Shown here: positions 46,782 through 59,040 of the stretch, one piece after another
Position numbering within the stretch: the first letter of the stretch is position 1
Layout of the letters: the number at the start of each line of letters is the position of its first letter
NCBI GenBank assembly: GCA_965214935.1
Contig: CBDCCS010000021.1
Coordinates: 64,001-128,000 of the forward strand
Source: Candidatus Velthaea sp.
GTDB lineage: Bacteria; Vulcanimicrobiota; Vulcanimicrobiia; Vulcanimicrobiales; Vulcanimicrobiaceae
Direction of reading: 5' to 3'
Length of the DNA stretch: 64,000 nucleotides
Notes under the pieces: generated by a model
Told to the model about the DNA's origin: nothing
The model's input: the letters and a program-made list of their open reading frames with translations, nothing else
The model's database searches: none
Made by a program: the position numbers and the translations under genes

Positions 46782-47150
46782 ATGCCGATGATCGTTGGCT
46801 TAGGAATCGATCTTGCCGAAGTCGCGCGCTATCAATTCGACGAAGTCGAGCGCGCACGTTTTGCGCGTAAAGTCTACACCGTCGAAGAGATGGACTATGC
46901 TATGCGCAAGCGCCACTGGGCCGAACGCTTAGCAGGCTTTTACGCCGCAAAAGAAGCGACGCGTAAAGCTTTCGGGCACGCCATTCCGTGGCGCGCGGTC
47001 GGCGTTTCGCACGAAGCCTCCGGCAAACCGATCATCAAATTGTATGGACGTTACGCCGGACTGCCGGCGTCGCGTTCCATTACCGCAATTCATCTGACGA
47101 TCACCCACACGGCTGCAACGGCCGCGGCCGTCGTGGTGCTCGAAGGCTAA
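46782..47150 (+). CDS. acpS: Holo-[acyl-carrier-protein] synthase
   Basis: GLGIDL, AAKEA..KA, SGKP, TITH. Confidence 0.9.
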   Translation: MPMIVGLGIDLAEVARYQFDEVERARFARKVYTVEEMDYAMRKRHWAERLAGFYAAKEATRKAFGHAIPWRAVGVSHEASGKPIIKLYGRYAGLPASRSITAIHLTITHTAATAAAVVVLEG

Positions 47151-48658
47151 TGCGCGCCGCAACCGCGAGTCAAATGCGCGAGATCGATGCAGCCGCCGTT
47201 GCGCGCGACGGCGAGGTAGCGCTCATGCGACGAGCCGGCGCGGCGATCGCAGCATTGATCGAACGCTTTGCGCGGCCCGGGCCGATCGTCGGCATCGCGG
47301 GTAACGGCAACAACGGCGGCGATGTCTTCGCCGCACTCGCCGTTAGCGATCCGGCGCGCGTACGCATCGTCCATTGCGACGAAACGGTCGGCGGTTCAGC
47401 CGCTCGTATCGATGCTCGCGACCGCGCACGCACCGCCGGTGTCGTCTTTCGGCCATTACGGCTCGACCCGACGACCGTCGAAGGCGCCGGCTTGATCCTC
47501 GACGGCATCTTGGGCGCCAACGCGCGCTTGCCGCTCGATCCGGTCAACGCCGCGCTCGTGGCTGCCATCGCAGCGGCGCACGTGCCGATTCTGGCCATCG
47601 ACGTTCCGACCGGAATCGATCCGTCGACCGGCGCGGTCGGCGAGCCGCACGTCCGGGCCGTCGCCACGATCGCATTGGGCGCACCGAAGCTCGGATGTTT
47701 TCTTGAACCCGGACGCAGAGCGGCCGGCGAACTATGGCTCGACGATCTCGGCATGCACGACGACGACGCGCCCGTTGCGCCCGACGACACGCACGTCTTG
47801 AGCGAGCGCGAATTTCTCGGCTTACTGCCGTTGCGCGCCGAAGAGTCGGACAAGCGCAGCGCCGGCGCGCCGCTCGTCGTTGCCGGATCGACGCAGTTTC
47901 CGGGTGCAGCCGTGCTATGCGCGCGCGGCGCCGCGCGCGCCGGTGCCGGGTATGTCACCGTCGCCGCGCCCGAAGGCGCCGCTGCAACGTTACGCGCGCA
48001 TTTAATCGAGCAAGTCGTCGTGCCGTTCGACGATCGAAATCCGCTGACCGCCGCTGCCGAGATAGAAGATCTGCTGGCGCGCTGCACGTCGCTTGCCATC
48101 GGGCCGGGCATGGGTCTGAGCGATGGAATCGGAACGATCGTCCGGCGCGTGATCGAACGAACGGACGTGCCGATCGTTGCCGATGCGAGCGCGCTTTTTC
48201 ATCTCGGCAAACATCTCGACTTACTGGATGGAAAGCGCATCGTGCTCACGCCGCATAGCGGCGAATTCGCCCGTTTGTCCGGACGCGGTACGGTCGAAAC
48301 GTCCGACCGTTTGCGGCGCCTGCGAGCATTCGTCGCCGAAACCGGTGTCACGACGCTACTCAAAGGTAACGCAACGCTCGTCGCCGATCGCGCCGGCGTG
48401 CACGTCAATCCGACCGGTACGTCGGCGCTTGCGACCGCCGGCACCGGCGACGTTCTCACCGGCATGATCGGCACGCTTCTCGCACAGGGGCTGGCACCAG
48501 TCGATGCCGCCCGCGTCGGCGCGTATTGGCACGGCCGCGCCGGCCGGCTTGCAGCCCGGGCACGCCCGATCGGCGTCATCGCCGGCGATTTGCCCGAACT
48601 GCTGGCGCAGGCAGCGCAGGCGCACCCGCCGGCTCCCGGCCCGCAACGTCTCTTATAA
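47150..48658 (+). CDS. nnr: Bifunctional NAD(P)H-hydrate epimerase/dehydratase
   Basis: GNGNNGGD, AIDVPTG, GPGMG, LTPHSGEF, ATAGTGDVL; TAATG overlap with acpS. Confidence 0.93.
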   Translation: MRAATASQMREIDAAAVARDGEVALMRRAGAAIAALIERFARPGPIVGIAGNGNNGGDVFAALAVSDPARVRIVHCDETVGGSAARIDARDRARTAGVVFRPLRLDPTTVEGAGLILDGILGANARLPLDPVNAALVAAIAAAHVPILAIDVPTGIDPSTGAVGEPHVRAVATIALGAPKLGCFLEPGRRAAGELWLDDLGMHDDDAPVAPDDTHVLSEREFLGLLPLRAEESDKRSAGAPLVVAGSTQFPGAAVLCARGAARAGAGYVTVAAPEGAAATLRAHLIEQVVVPFDDRNPLTAAAEIEDLLARCTSLAIGPGMGLSDGIGTIVRRVIERTDVPIVADASALFHLGKHLDLLDGKRIVLTPHSGEFARLSGRGTVETSDRLRRLRAFVAETGVTTLLKGNATLVADRAGVHVNPTGTSALATAGTGDVLTGMIGTLLAQGLAPVDAARVGAYWHGRAGRLAARARPIGVIAGDLPELLAQAAQAHPPAPGPQRLL

Positions 48659-48676
48659 CAGAGCGCCGCGGTTGTT

Positions 48677-50329
48677 CTAAGCCGGGACCGCTAACCGTCG
48701 TAGGCGTAAGCGGTGCCGCTCGAAATCGCTCTTGCGATTGACCGCTTCGGCAACGCGTTTGCGCGTCGAACGGATGCGCAGAAAGTCAAAGCGTGCTTGC
48801 GCGCCGTTCGAACCGCCGGCCGTCAGCGCAATCCGCACGCCGCGGTCCCACGGCGGCAGATGTGCCCCGTCGACTTTCCGTGCACCGTCTTCCCAGCGCT
48901 TACCGTCGAAGCTGAACGCGAAGCGGTAGTTGTGGCCCGCAGCAACGGTCATGCGCAAATGAACGGTCGTCGCACCCGCAATATCGTTGCTTGCCATGAG
49001 AGTAATTCTACCGCGTTTGCGGCGCCAGATGACAACGGCATTGTTGCGCACGCCGATGCCCAGCGCGTTGCGCCGGTCGCCGTATGCCGTGAGCGATGCG
49101 ACGGTATCGCGCGCCAAGTTGCGCACGTCGACCGCCGTCGTTGCAACGTAGTTACCGTGCGTGACGGGCCGCGCAAGTACCGCATCGAGCGGATCGCATG
49201 CCGTGCCGAGCGCGCGCGCCGTCAGCATCAGATGGCCGCCGCGACGCACGTCGATTGCGGTTTGTGGCGGAGCACCTTGCGGCCATTGCCAGCCGTCGGC
49301 CAACCCGACCGCGGTGAAGTCGTCAAAGAATGTTTGCGCGATACGCACTTGCGCTTGCGCGAAGGGCGTCGTAGCAACGTCGCTGGGCCCGCGCCCAGCG
49401 TTGATCGACGGCCAGCCGTCGCTGGTCCAATCGACGCGGTCGAGCAGCATCTGCCGCCCGACGTAGACCGAATCGGCAGCCAACGCGTACGCATGATAGA
49501 GAAAGTACATGCGACCGAGTGCGTCGACCGAGACGCTGCCGTGTCCCGGACAGCGAAAACTGTCGTTGCCCGCAAGAATCGGATTGCTCGGACACTTCTC
49601 CCACGGCCCGAGCAGATGACGCGAACGCGCCGCACCGACGGCATACGCGCAGTCGGCGCCGCAGCACGCGTTGCCCGAATAGAGCATATAGAACCAGCCG
49701 TCGCGCCGGAAAATAACCGGCGCTTCAACGACATCACCTTCCCATTGCGCATCGTTGCGGATGAGTTCGTGTTTGTCGCCGAATACGGCAAGTCCGTCGG
49801 GCCGCAGCCGCTGCGCCCAGATCGGTGTCGGACGTCCGGCGCTGTTGCCGTCTTCTTTCCAAATCAGCCAGCGTTGTCCGTGTTCGTCGACCGTCGCCAT
49901 CGGATCGATCGAACCGTCACCTTGGCCGACGAGCGCGCCGTGATCGGTATACGGTCCGGCCGGATGTGCCGCGGAGGCGACGGCAACGCATAACGGACCG
50001 TTGCGCCGGCGCGCGACGTAATACACGTAAAAGCGGCCGTTGTACTCGCAAAATTCAGGTGCCCAGAAATTGCCGACCGCCCATGCCGGACGAGTGGCAA
50101 ACACCGAACCGACCAGCGTCCACGAGACGAGGTCGCGCGAGTGAAAGATCGGAAACTCCGGTGCCCAATCGGTCGATGTCGTCGTCGCGTAAAAGTCGCG
50201 CTCACCGACACGAACGATCGATGGATCGGGAAAATCACCCGGTTGTACGGGATTTTGATATGTCGTCGTCCGGTTGACCGGAACGAGCCGGGAAATAGCC
50301 GCATAAAGCGGTGTCATAATCTGCGCCAC
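48677..50329 (-). CDS. GH43 glycoside hydrolase with C-terminal beta-sandwich domain
   Basis: FPDPSI, WAPE, SIDP, VVEAP, PGHGS. Confidence 0.92.
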   Translation of the reverse strand: MAQIMTPLYAAISRLVPVNRTTTYQNPVQPGDFPDPSIVRVGERDFYATTTSTDWAPEFPIFHSRDLVSWTLVGSVFATRPAWAVGNFWAPEFCEYNGRFYVYYVARRRNGPLCVAVASAAHPAGPYTDHGALVGQGDGSIDPMATVDEHGQRWLIWKEDGNSAGRPTPIWAQRLRPDGLAVFGDKHELIRNDAQWEGDVVEAPVIFRRDGWFYMLYSGNACCGADCAYAVGAARSRHLLGPWEKCPSNPILAGNDSFRCPGHGSVSVDALGRMYFLYHAYALAADSVYVGRQMLLDRVDWTSDGWPSINAGRGPSDVATTPFAQAQVRIAQTFFDDFTAVGLADGWQWPQGAPPQTAIDVRRGGHLMLTARALGTACDPLDAVLARPVTHGNYVATTAVDVRNLARDTVASLTAYGDRRNALGIGVRNNAVVIWRRKRGRITLMASNDIAGATTVHLRMTVAAGHNYRFAFSFDGKRWEDGARKVDGAHLPPWDRGVRIALTAGGSNGAQARFDFLRIRSTRKRVAEAVNRKSDFERHRLRLRRLAVPA

Positions 50330-50430
50330 TGTCGGTACGAATGGTCGGCACGCCGTTGTAAAAGATTAACGGCGCGCCGATACTTTTCGACGCGCCATTA
50401 TGAAATTTTAACGTACCATTCAACGACCGT

Positions 50431-51681
50431 TTAAGCCACCGACATATCGCGCCGCCGCTCCCACCAGCCCGGCTCCGACGGTATGACCGGCATAACGCCT
50501 TGCGCAAGTGCGCGAACGACATCGGCGACCATCGTCCACTGCGGCTCGGCACCGTCACGCGCGCAGGTGAAGATACCGTCCTCGACTACGTCGCGACGTT
50601 CGCACAACAGCGACGTCCAATCAACCAAGCCGAATGCAGCCCACGGACCGAAGCCGCAAATCTCGACGCCTTCGGCACGCAGCGCCTGCACATCGCCGAA
50701 ACGCTGCAGCATCCAGCGTGCGCGTTCGCGTTCGTTCCCGATGATGTGCACTTCGGATAACGCCATCGGTATGCGCAGCCGATTCCATGCCGCGCGCAAC
50801 AGAGCACGCGGATCGATTGCCTTCGGATCGACGTCGATCAACGCGTTGTTACGGCTACGCGCATGACCGTCGCTGGCGACGACACGTTCGGAGTTCGGAT
50901 AGTAGTTGAAGCCGGCGATATCGGGCGGGCATGGATCGTCACTGAGCCGTTCGAGCAGAGCGCGTGCAACGTTGCATTCATCGCGCAGATAGCGGTACAG
51001 CGGGTGGCCCGGTACGAGCCGGCCCATCAATAGTTCGTACGAGAGAAACGAGCGATCGTACTTATGCCGGACGTATGCCTCGACGCCCGAATCGGCTGCG
51101 ACGAAACCTTGCAGATCTTCGGTCAGCAAGAATTGCGCGCCGGGCGCGACGGCGCGGATCTCGCGCATTGCAGCCGCGCTGCCGAGCGCTTCATAAACGA
51201 TGGCATGTCCGAAAGCGGTATGATCGAAATTGCCGTTCGGAAACCAGACACCATAGAGCGTTGAAAAGCGCGCGGTCGTCAGCGGCTCGTTGATCGGCGT
51301 CCAGCGCTCGACCCAGGGAAAACGCCGTACGGCTTGGCGTGCATACTGCGCGAACAGCTCCGGGAACGCCGGATCGACTAAGCTCGTATAGCGCGGGCCG
51401 CTGCCGTGATGCAGCAGCGTGACGATCGGTTCAACAGCACGTAAGCGTAACCGTTCGAGCCGCCGCTGCGCCCAAGTGAAATCGCATTCCCGCGGGTCGA
51501 ACGGCGAGCACTTCTCCCACAAGACGGGGTAACGGCTCGCCGCAATGCCGAGCGCGGCGAGACGGTCGATATCGTCCTCGCGCCGCTCGTGGCCGGTCTC
51601 GGCGAGCTGATCGCGTACGGCATGGGCGTTTATTCGCGCGACCGTCGGTTCCGGCGACGCCCAGATTTGGGGAAAGTCCAT
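50431..51681 (-). CDS. GH1-like glycoside hydrolase
   Basis: RYPVLWE, LLHHGSGP, WTPINEP (acid/base), GFNYY, LSEVH (nucleophile). Confidence 0.85.
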   Translation of the reverse strand: MDFPQIWASPEPTVARINAHAVRDQLAETGHERREDDIDRLAALGIAASRYPVLWEKCSPFDPRECDFTWAQRRLERLRLRAVEPIVTLLHHGSGPRYTSLVDPAFPELFAQYARQAVRRFPWVERWTPINEPLTTARFSTLYGVWFPNGNFDHTAFGHAIVYEALGSAAAMREIRAVAPGAQFLLTEDLQGFVAADSGVEAYVRHKYDRSFLSYELLMGRLVPGHPLYRYLRDECNVARALLERLSDDPCPPDIAGFNYYPNSERVVASDGHARSRNNALIDVDPKAIDPRALLRAAWNRLRIPMALSEVHIIGNERERARWMLQRFGDVQALRAEGVEICGFGPWAAFGLVDWTSLLCERRDVVEDGIFTCARDGAEPQWTMVADVVRALAQGVMPVIPSEPGWWERRRDMSVA

Positions 51682-51687
51682 CTCGTT

Positions 51688-52797
51688 TTACGACGCAATC
51701 CGCGCCGAATTCGCGAGTTCCTTAAACGCGACGAGTGCCGATGCTACTACTTGATCCATGTTGTAGTAGCGGTATTCCGCCAGCCGGCCGACAAACGTGA
51801 CGTTCGCTTCGCGTTCGGCCAACTGTTGGTAACGCTCGTACAGCGCGCGATTATCCGGCCGCGGAATCGGATAATACGGATCGCCGTCCGCCCGCGGATA
51901 CTCGCGCGAAATCACCGACTTTGCATGCCGCTGACCCGTCAAGTGTTTGTATTCCGTCGTGCGTGTGAACGGCACGGCTTCGGTCGGTTCGTTGATGCAG
52001 CCGACCGACTGAACCCACTCGCGATCGACGGTCTCAAACTCGAACTGCAGCGAACGATACGGCAACCGTCCGAAGCGATATTCGAAGTATTCGTCGATCG
52101 GTCCGGTGTAAACGACATGCTTGAATTTGGCCCGGTCGGCGATCGTATGGAAGTCGCAGCCGGTTACGATCTCGATGCGGGGATCGGACGTCATGCGCGC
52201 GATCATCGCCGTAAATCCCTCAGCCGGCATTGCTTGAAACTTGTCGTTAAAGTACCGATCGTCATCATTGTTGCGGGTCGGGATGCGGCCGCACACGGTC
52301 GCATCGAGTTGCGCGGGATCGAGGCCCCAATGCTTGCGCGTATAACCGCGAAAAAACAACTCGTAAAGTTCGCGACCGACGCGCGACACGATCATATCTT
52401 CGGAATTCTCGACCCGGGCGATGGGCTGAGCCCGCTGAGCGAGAAATGCATCGACGCCCGCCTCATCGAGGCCGAGCCCGTACAGTGTATTGATGGTCGT
52501 GCGGTTGATCGGGATCGGGACGAGCTTGTCGCCGATTCTTGCCTTCACGCGGTGCTCGTAAGGCAGCCACCGCGTAAAGCGGCTCAAGTACTGCACCACC
52601 GCAGCGGCATTCGTATGAAAAATATGCGGCCCGTATTGATGGTAACGTAAGCCGTCGGCGTTGAGCGGGTCGTGGCAGTTGCCGGCGATGTGGGGCCGCT
52701 TATCGATCAGGAGAACCGTGGCGTCCATCTGCGTGGCCAAGCGCTCCGCGATCGTGCTTCCAGCAAGTCCGGCGCCGACAACGAGGTAATCGTACAC
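51688..52797 (-). CDS. glf: UDP-galactopyranose mutase
   Basis: VGAGLAG, YGPHIFHTN, GYTRKHWG, PYYP, GRLAEYRYYNMDQ. Confidence 0.96.
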   Translation of the reverse strand: MYDYLVVGAGLAGSTIAERLATQMDATVLLIDKRPHIAGNCHDPLNADGLRYHQYGPHIFHTNAAAVVQYLSRFTRWLPYEHRVKARIGDKLVPIPINRTTINTLYGLGLDEAGVDAFLAQRAQPIARVENSEDMIVSRVGRELYELFFRGYTRKHWGLDPAQLDATVCGRIPTRNNDDDRYFNDKFQAMPAEGFTAMIARMTSDPRIEIVTGCDFHTIADRAKFKHVVYTGPIDEYFEYRFGRLPYRSLQFEFETVDREWVQSVGCINEPTEAVPFTRTTEYKHLTGQRHAKSVISREYPRADGDPYYPIPRPDNRALYERYQQLAEREANVTFVGRLAEYRYYNMDQVVASALVAFKELANSARIAS

Positions 52798-52867
52798 AGG
52801 TTCCCCTCCAGTCTCTCTTTACGTGCTAGGTGATTGCTCAGGCTATACCCCGGGAAAAAGAAACTCT

Positions 52868-53992
52868 ATGAGTACCGCACGCTCGCTTGAGCTACCGGCG
52901 CCGGTTGTCGCGATCGACGCGATCGTTGCCGGCCTGCATCTGCCGTGGGACGGGGTGTATCAGCGCCCGCAGCACCTGCTGAGCCGAATCAGCCGCACCG
53001 TTCCCGTGCTCATCGTCGAGGAGCCGCGTCCGGACGGCCCGCCGTCGGCGCGCTGGATTCGCGACGGCACCGTAACGGTGTATCAGCCGGAGCGCGCTCT
53101 CTTCGGCAGCGGGTCGATCGCTGCTTCGACCATTGCTGCGGTTACCGCGCGGATCGGCAGCGCCGCGGCGCTTGTTTGGCTGTATACGCCGCTGATGCTG
53201 CCGTTGGCCGATGCCTTCCCGGCAGCACCGCTGGTGTTCGATGCGATGGACGAGCTCTCTCAATTTGCCCAAGCCGACCCGCGGATCGCGGAACTCGAAG
53301 CAAGCGTTCTTAAACGGGCGGCGGCCGTCTTTTGCGGCGGTCCGTCGCTCTACCGGTCGCGCGCCGGCCGGGCGCCGAACGTCAAACTTTACTCGAGCGG
53401 TGTGGATGTCGATTTCTTCGAGCGCGCCCGTCATTTGCAGCCACATGCTGCGCTGGCCGGCTTCGCCAAACCGGTGCTCGGCTACATCGGCGTGATCGAC
53501 GAGCGCATCGATCTCCAACTCGTTGCGGCGATTGCCGACGCCCGCCCCGATGCAACGCTCGTCATGATCGGGCCGACGACGAAAATTCAGCTTTCCGATC
53601 TGCCCCGGCGGCCGAATATTGTATATCTCGGGAAGCAGGCTTATGCCGATCTGCCGGCGCTGCTTGCCGGAATCGACGTCGCGCTGATGCCGTTCGCCCT
53701 GAACGATAGCACGCGCAACATCTCGCCGACCAAAACGCTCGAGTATTTGGCGGCCGGCAAACCGGTGGTCTCGACGGCGGTGCCGGACGTCGTTTCGGAA
53801 TATTCCGGGATTGTCGCAATTGCCGGCGACCGGCCGGCGTTTATCGCAGCGCTCGCGACGGCAGCCCATCAGGCGCACTCGGTTCAAGTCGCGGCAGACG
53901 AGCGAACCCGCGCGGCCACCTGGGATGCGATCGCCGCTTCAATGTTGGGCGACCTCGAGGCAGCCGGTATCCGGCCTCGCACGACCGTCTAG
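52868..53992 (+). CDS. GT-B (GT4-like) glycosyltransferase
   Basis: HLPWDGVYQRPQHL, DAMDELSQF, GVIDERID, ISPTKTLEYLAAGKPVVST. Confidence 0.92.
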   Translation: MSTARSLELPAPVVAIDAIVAGLHLPWDGVYQRPQHLLSRISRTVPVLIVEEPRPDGPPSARWIRDGTVTVYQPERALFGSGSIAASTIAAVTARIGSAAALVWLYTPLMLPLADAFPAAPLVFDAMDELSQFAQADPRIAELEASVLKRAAAVFCGGPSLYRSRAGRAPNVKLYSSGVDVDFFERARHLQPHAALAGFAKPVLGYIGVIDERIDLQLVAAIADARPDATLVMIGPTTKIQLSDLPRRPNIVYLGKQAYADLPALLAGIDVALMPFALNDSTRNISPTKTLEYLAAGKPVVSTAVPDVVSEYSGIVAIAGDRPAFIAALATAAHQAHSVQVAADERTRAATWDAIAASMLGDLEAAGIRPRTTV

Positions 53993-54211
53993 AGTGCCGG
54001 CGAAGCGGCCGGAGTTCGGCGAGCTATTATGTCCGTGCGCCCACACCGTGGCGCTTTACGCCGAACACGGCTGCGACTCGGGCAGTAGCTGCGACCGCCG
54101 GCTCGACCCGGCTTCGGCGACCGACGCCGGGTTCGCACAAACGCGCTTCGGGCGCGATCGCTTCGGCCCGTTTGCTAAACGGGGATTAATTGCCGTTCGT
54201 TGATTGCCGTT

Positions 54212-55459
54212 TTAATGAAGCGCATGTGCGAGGTCAAGGGTCGCGTTGAGCGCGGCATCGAGATCGGCAATAATGTCGTCGATATCTTCGATCCCGACGG
54301 AGAGGCGGAGGAGATCCGCCGTTACCCCAAGTTCGGCTTTGCGGTCGGCCGACAGCGATCCATGGGTCATCACCGGCGGACTGCAAATCAGCGACTCGAC
54401 GCCGCCCAGCGATGTCGCGAGATTGAAAACACGTGTTTGTTTGGCGACGGCATGCGCGCGCAAGCCGTCACCCCGAACGCGAAATGTTACGATTCCGCCG
54501 AAACCGTGCATCTGGCGTTTGGCCAGCTCATGCTGCGGGTGATCCGCCAGTCCGGGGTAATACACCGCCGCGACATCGTCGCGCGCCGTCAACCACTGCG
54601 CGACGCTGTGCGCATTGCGCGCGTGTTCGCGCATCCGCAGCGCCAGGGTCTTAACGCCGCGCAGCGTTAAATACGCGTCCTGGGGACCCGGCACGGCACC
54701 CACGGCGTTTTGATGCAGCGCCACTTGGACGGCGAGCTCGCGATCGTCGGTAATGACGATTCCGCCCACGACGTCCGAATGACCGTTGATGTACTTCGTC
54801 GTCGAGTGCATCACGACGTCGGCCCCAAGTTCGAGCGGCCGCTGGAAATACGGCGACGCGAACGTATTGTCGACGACGACGATCCGGCCGGCGCCGCGCA
54901 GCGCGCAGATCGCCCGGATGTCGATGAGCGTGAGCAGCGGGTTGGTCGGCGTCTCGAGCCAAAGCAACTTTGTGTTCGGTCGCAGCGCGGCACGCGTTGC
55001 ATCGAGATCGGTCATGTCGACGTACGTCGTCTCGATACCGAATCGCGGTAAAACGTCGCTGAAAAGCCGGTACGTGCCGCCGTAGATGTCGCGCGTGGCG
55101 ACGATGTGATCGCCGGCGCGTAGAAACGAGACGACTGCGGCGTTGGCGGCCGCCATTCCGGAGCCGAACGCACTGCCGTAGCGAGCGCCTTCGAGATCCG
55201 CAAGGACCGCTTCGAGAGCTTGCCGCGTCGGATTGCCCGAGCGCGAATAATCGAAGCCCTTGGTAACGCCCACCGCTTCTTGGGTGAACGTTGCAGTTTG
55301 ATAGATTGGGACGATGGTCGATCCGGTCGCCTGACACGGATCTTGGCCTATACGGATCGCTCGCGTAGCGAATCCCTTAACGGGATGAGCTACATCGCTC
55401 TCACGCACCGCAGCGGTGCGTGAAGTCGACTGCGAGTGGCCCGACGGTTTTGTCGGCAT
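54212..55459 (-). CDS. Cystathionine gamma-synthase/gamma-lyase (PLP-dependent Cys/Met metabolism family)
   Basis: YSRSGNPT, SGMAA, ETPTNP, DNTFASP, HSTTKYINGHSD, SLGGVESL. Confidence 0.92.
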   Translation of the reverse strand: MPTKPSGHSQSTSRTAAVRESDVAHPVKGFATRAIRIGQDPCQATGSTIVPIYQTATFTQEAVGVTKGFDYSRSGNPTRQALEAVLADLEGARYGSAFGSGMAAANAAVVSFLRAGDHIVATRDIYGGTYRLFSDVLPRFGIETTYVDMTDLDATRAALRPNTKLLWLETPTNPLLTLIDIRAICALRGAGRIVVVDNTFASPYFQRPLELGADVVMHSTTKYINGHSDVVGGIVITDDRELAVQVALHQNAVGAVPGPQDAYLTLRGVKTLALRMREHARNAHSVAQWLTARDDVAAVYYPGLADHPQHELAKRQMHGFGGIVTFRVRGDGLRAHAVAKQTRVFNLATSLGGVESLICSPPVMTHGSLSADRKAELGVTADLLRLSVGIEDIDDIIADLDAALNATLDLAHALH

Positions 55460-55530
55460 GCGAAACACTCCACAGTAGGTAAGCTTCGTTTTGTAGGTAC
55501 GCCTCAAAAGAGGTGTCGAGCTCGATACGT

Positions 55531-57708
<2,178 letters not shown>

Positions 57709-57735
57709 CTACCAACGGGCGTATCATATGAGAAT

Positions 57736-59028
57736 ATGTTCGTTTACCATGGACGTGCGCTGCGTCCCGGTGCCGTGCTCGTACTTGTTGCCGGCCTGCT
57801 CGGCGCGTGCAGCAAAGGTACGCCGGAGCAACCGAAACCGAGTGCCGCGGCCGTCCCCGTCGCCATCGCCCGGACCGGGACCGTTTCTCCGTCGAGCACG
57901 TTAGGCGGCATCATCGTGCCGTTTCTCAACGTTCAGGTCCAATCCGATCTCACCGAGCCGGCGATTGCGGTGTACGTGAATGAAGGCGATCGCGTCAAGC
58001 GCGGCCAGGTGCTGGCCCGCCTCGACACCCGCGACTTGGCCGGCAATTTGCGTTCGGATTTGGGCACGGCCGCGGCCGATGCCGCCAAAGCGCAGCAAAC
58101 GTACGACCAAGCCGGCTTGACGATCGCCCAAGATCGCAACGTCGTCAATGCTGCGCGCACCGCCGTCCGGCGGGCTCAAGTAACCTTGGCGACCGATACG
58201 CGCAATCTGTCGCGCGACACGCAGCTGGTCGCCAACGGCTACATTTCGCAGCAGCAGTACGACACCCAAAAAACGCTCGTGCAAACCGATCGTCAGACTC
58301 TGGTCTCGGCACAAGTTACGGTGCAAAACGACCTCAAGCAGGTTCAAGCGAACGGCACGACGTCGTCCGGCTTACAGGGCGCAACGGTGGCTTCGGCGCG
58401 AGCCGATCAGCAGACCGCGCTCGGACAAGCCGATAATGTCCGCGCATCGATCTCCAAGGCAACGATCGTATCGCCGATCGACGGCGTCGTCGTCAATCGG
58501 AACTTAAATCCGGGCGAGTATCCCGGTTCGCGTCAAATATTCACCCTGCAAGAAAATGACAAAGTGTACGCCGTGCTCAACGGCTCGGGCTCGCAGGTGG
58601 TCGGCGTTCGCACCGGTGCGCAGACGCAAATAGCGTCGACGGATCGGGCCGATCTCAAAGCTGCCGGAACCGTCGTGGGCGTACTCGATGAAGTCACGCC
58701 CGGCTCCACGAACTTCGTGGTCAAGGTATTGCTGCGAAATCAAAGCGGCGACTTTCATTCCGGGATGGTCGTTTCAGGCCGCGTTTTGCGGCCCGCGACA
58801 AGCGGCCTCCGCATTCCGCTGACAGCCTTTTTAGATACGACCGATACAACGGTGCAGATCGTCGCGAACAATGCCGTCCGGACGGCAAACGTGACGATGG
58901 TTGCCAGCGATGCAAAGAACGCGATCGTGCAAGGTTTGCACGACGGCGATCAAGTCGTCGCGAACGGGCAACTCGGCTTATCGGACGGGCAAAACGTCGA
59001 ACCGCAATCCACGGTCGCCGAGCGCTAA
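57736..59028 (+). CDS. RND efflux periplasmic adaptor (membrane fusion protein), lipoprotein
   Basis: Lipobox LGAC; V.EGDRVKRGQVLARLD; coiled coil; IVSPIDGVV. Confidence 0.92.
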   Translation: MFVYHGRALRPGAVLVLVAGLLGACSKGTPEQPKPSAAAVPVAIARTGTVSPSSTLGGIIVPFLNVQVQSDLTEPAIAVYVNEGDRVKRGQVLARLDTRDLAGNLRSDLGTAAADAAKAQQTYDQAGLTIAQDRNVVNAARTAVRRAQVTLATDTRNLSRDTQLVANGYISQQQYDTQKTLVQTDRQTLVSAQVTVQNDLKQVQANGTTSSGLQGATVASARADQQTALGQADNVRASISKATIVSPIDGVVVNRNLNPGEYPGSRQIFTLQENDKVYAVLNGSGSQVVGVRTGAQTQIASTDRADLKAAGTVVGVLDEVTPGSTNFVVKVLLRNQSGDFHSGMVVSGRVLRPATSGLRIPLTAFLDTTDTTVQIVANNAVRTANVTMVASDAKNAIVQGLHDGDQVVANGQLGLSDGQNVEPQSTVAER

Positions 59029-59040
59029 GGTTCGAACGCC

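Noticed and set aside
48713..49993. 426-aa plus-strand ORF, and similar long antisense ORFs (52892-53887, 51589-52650, 56131-57081)
   Set aside because: Antisense to well-supported genes; expected in GC-rich DNA; no recognisable motifs.
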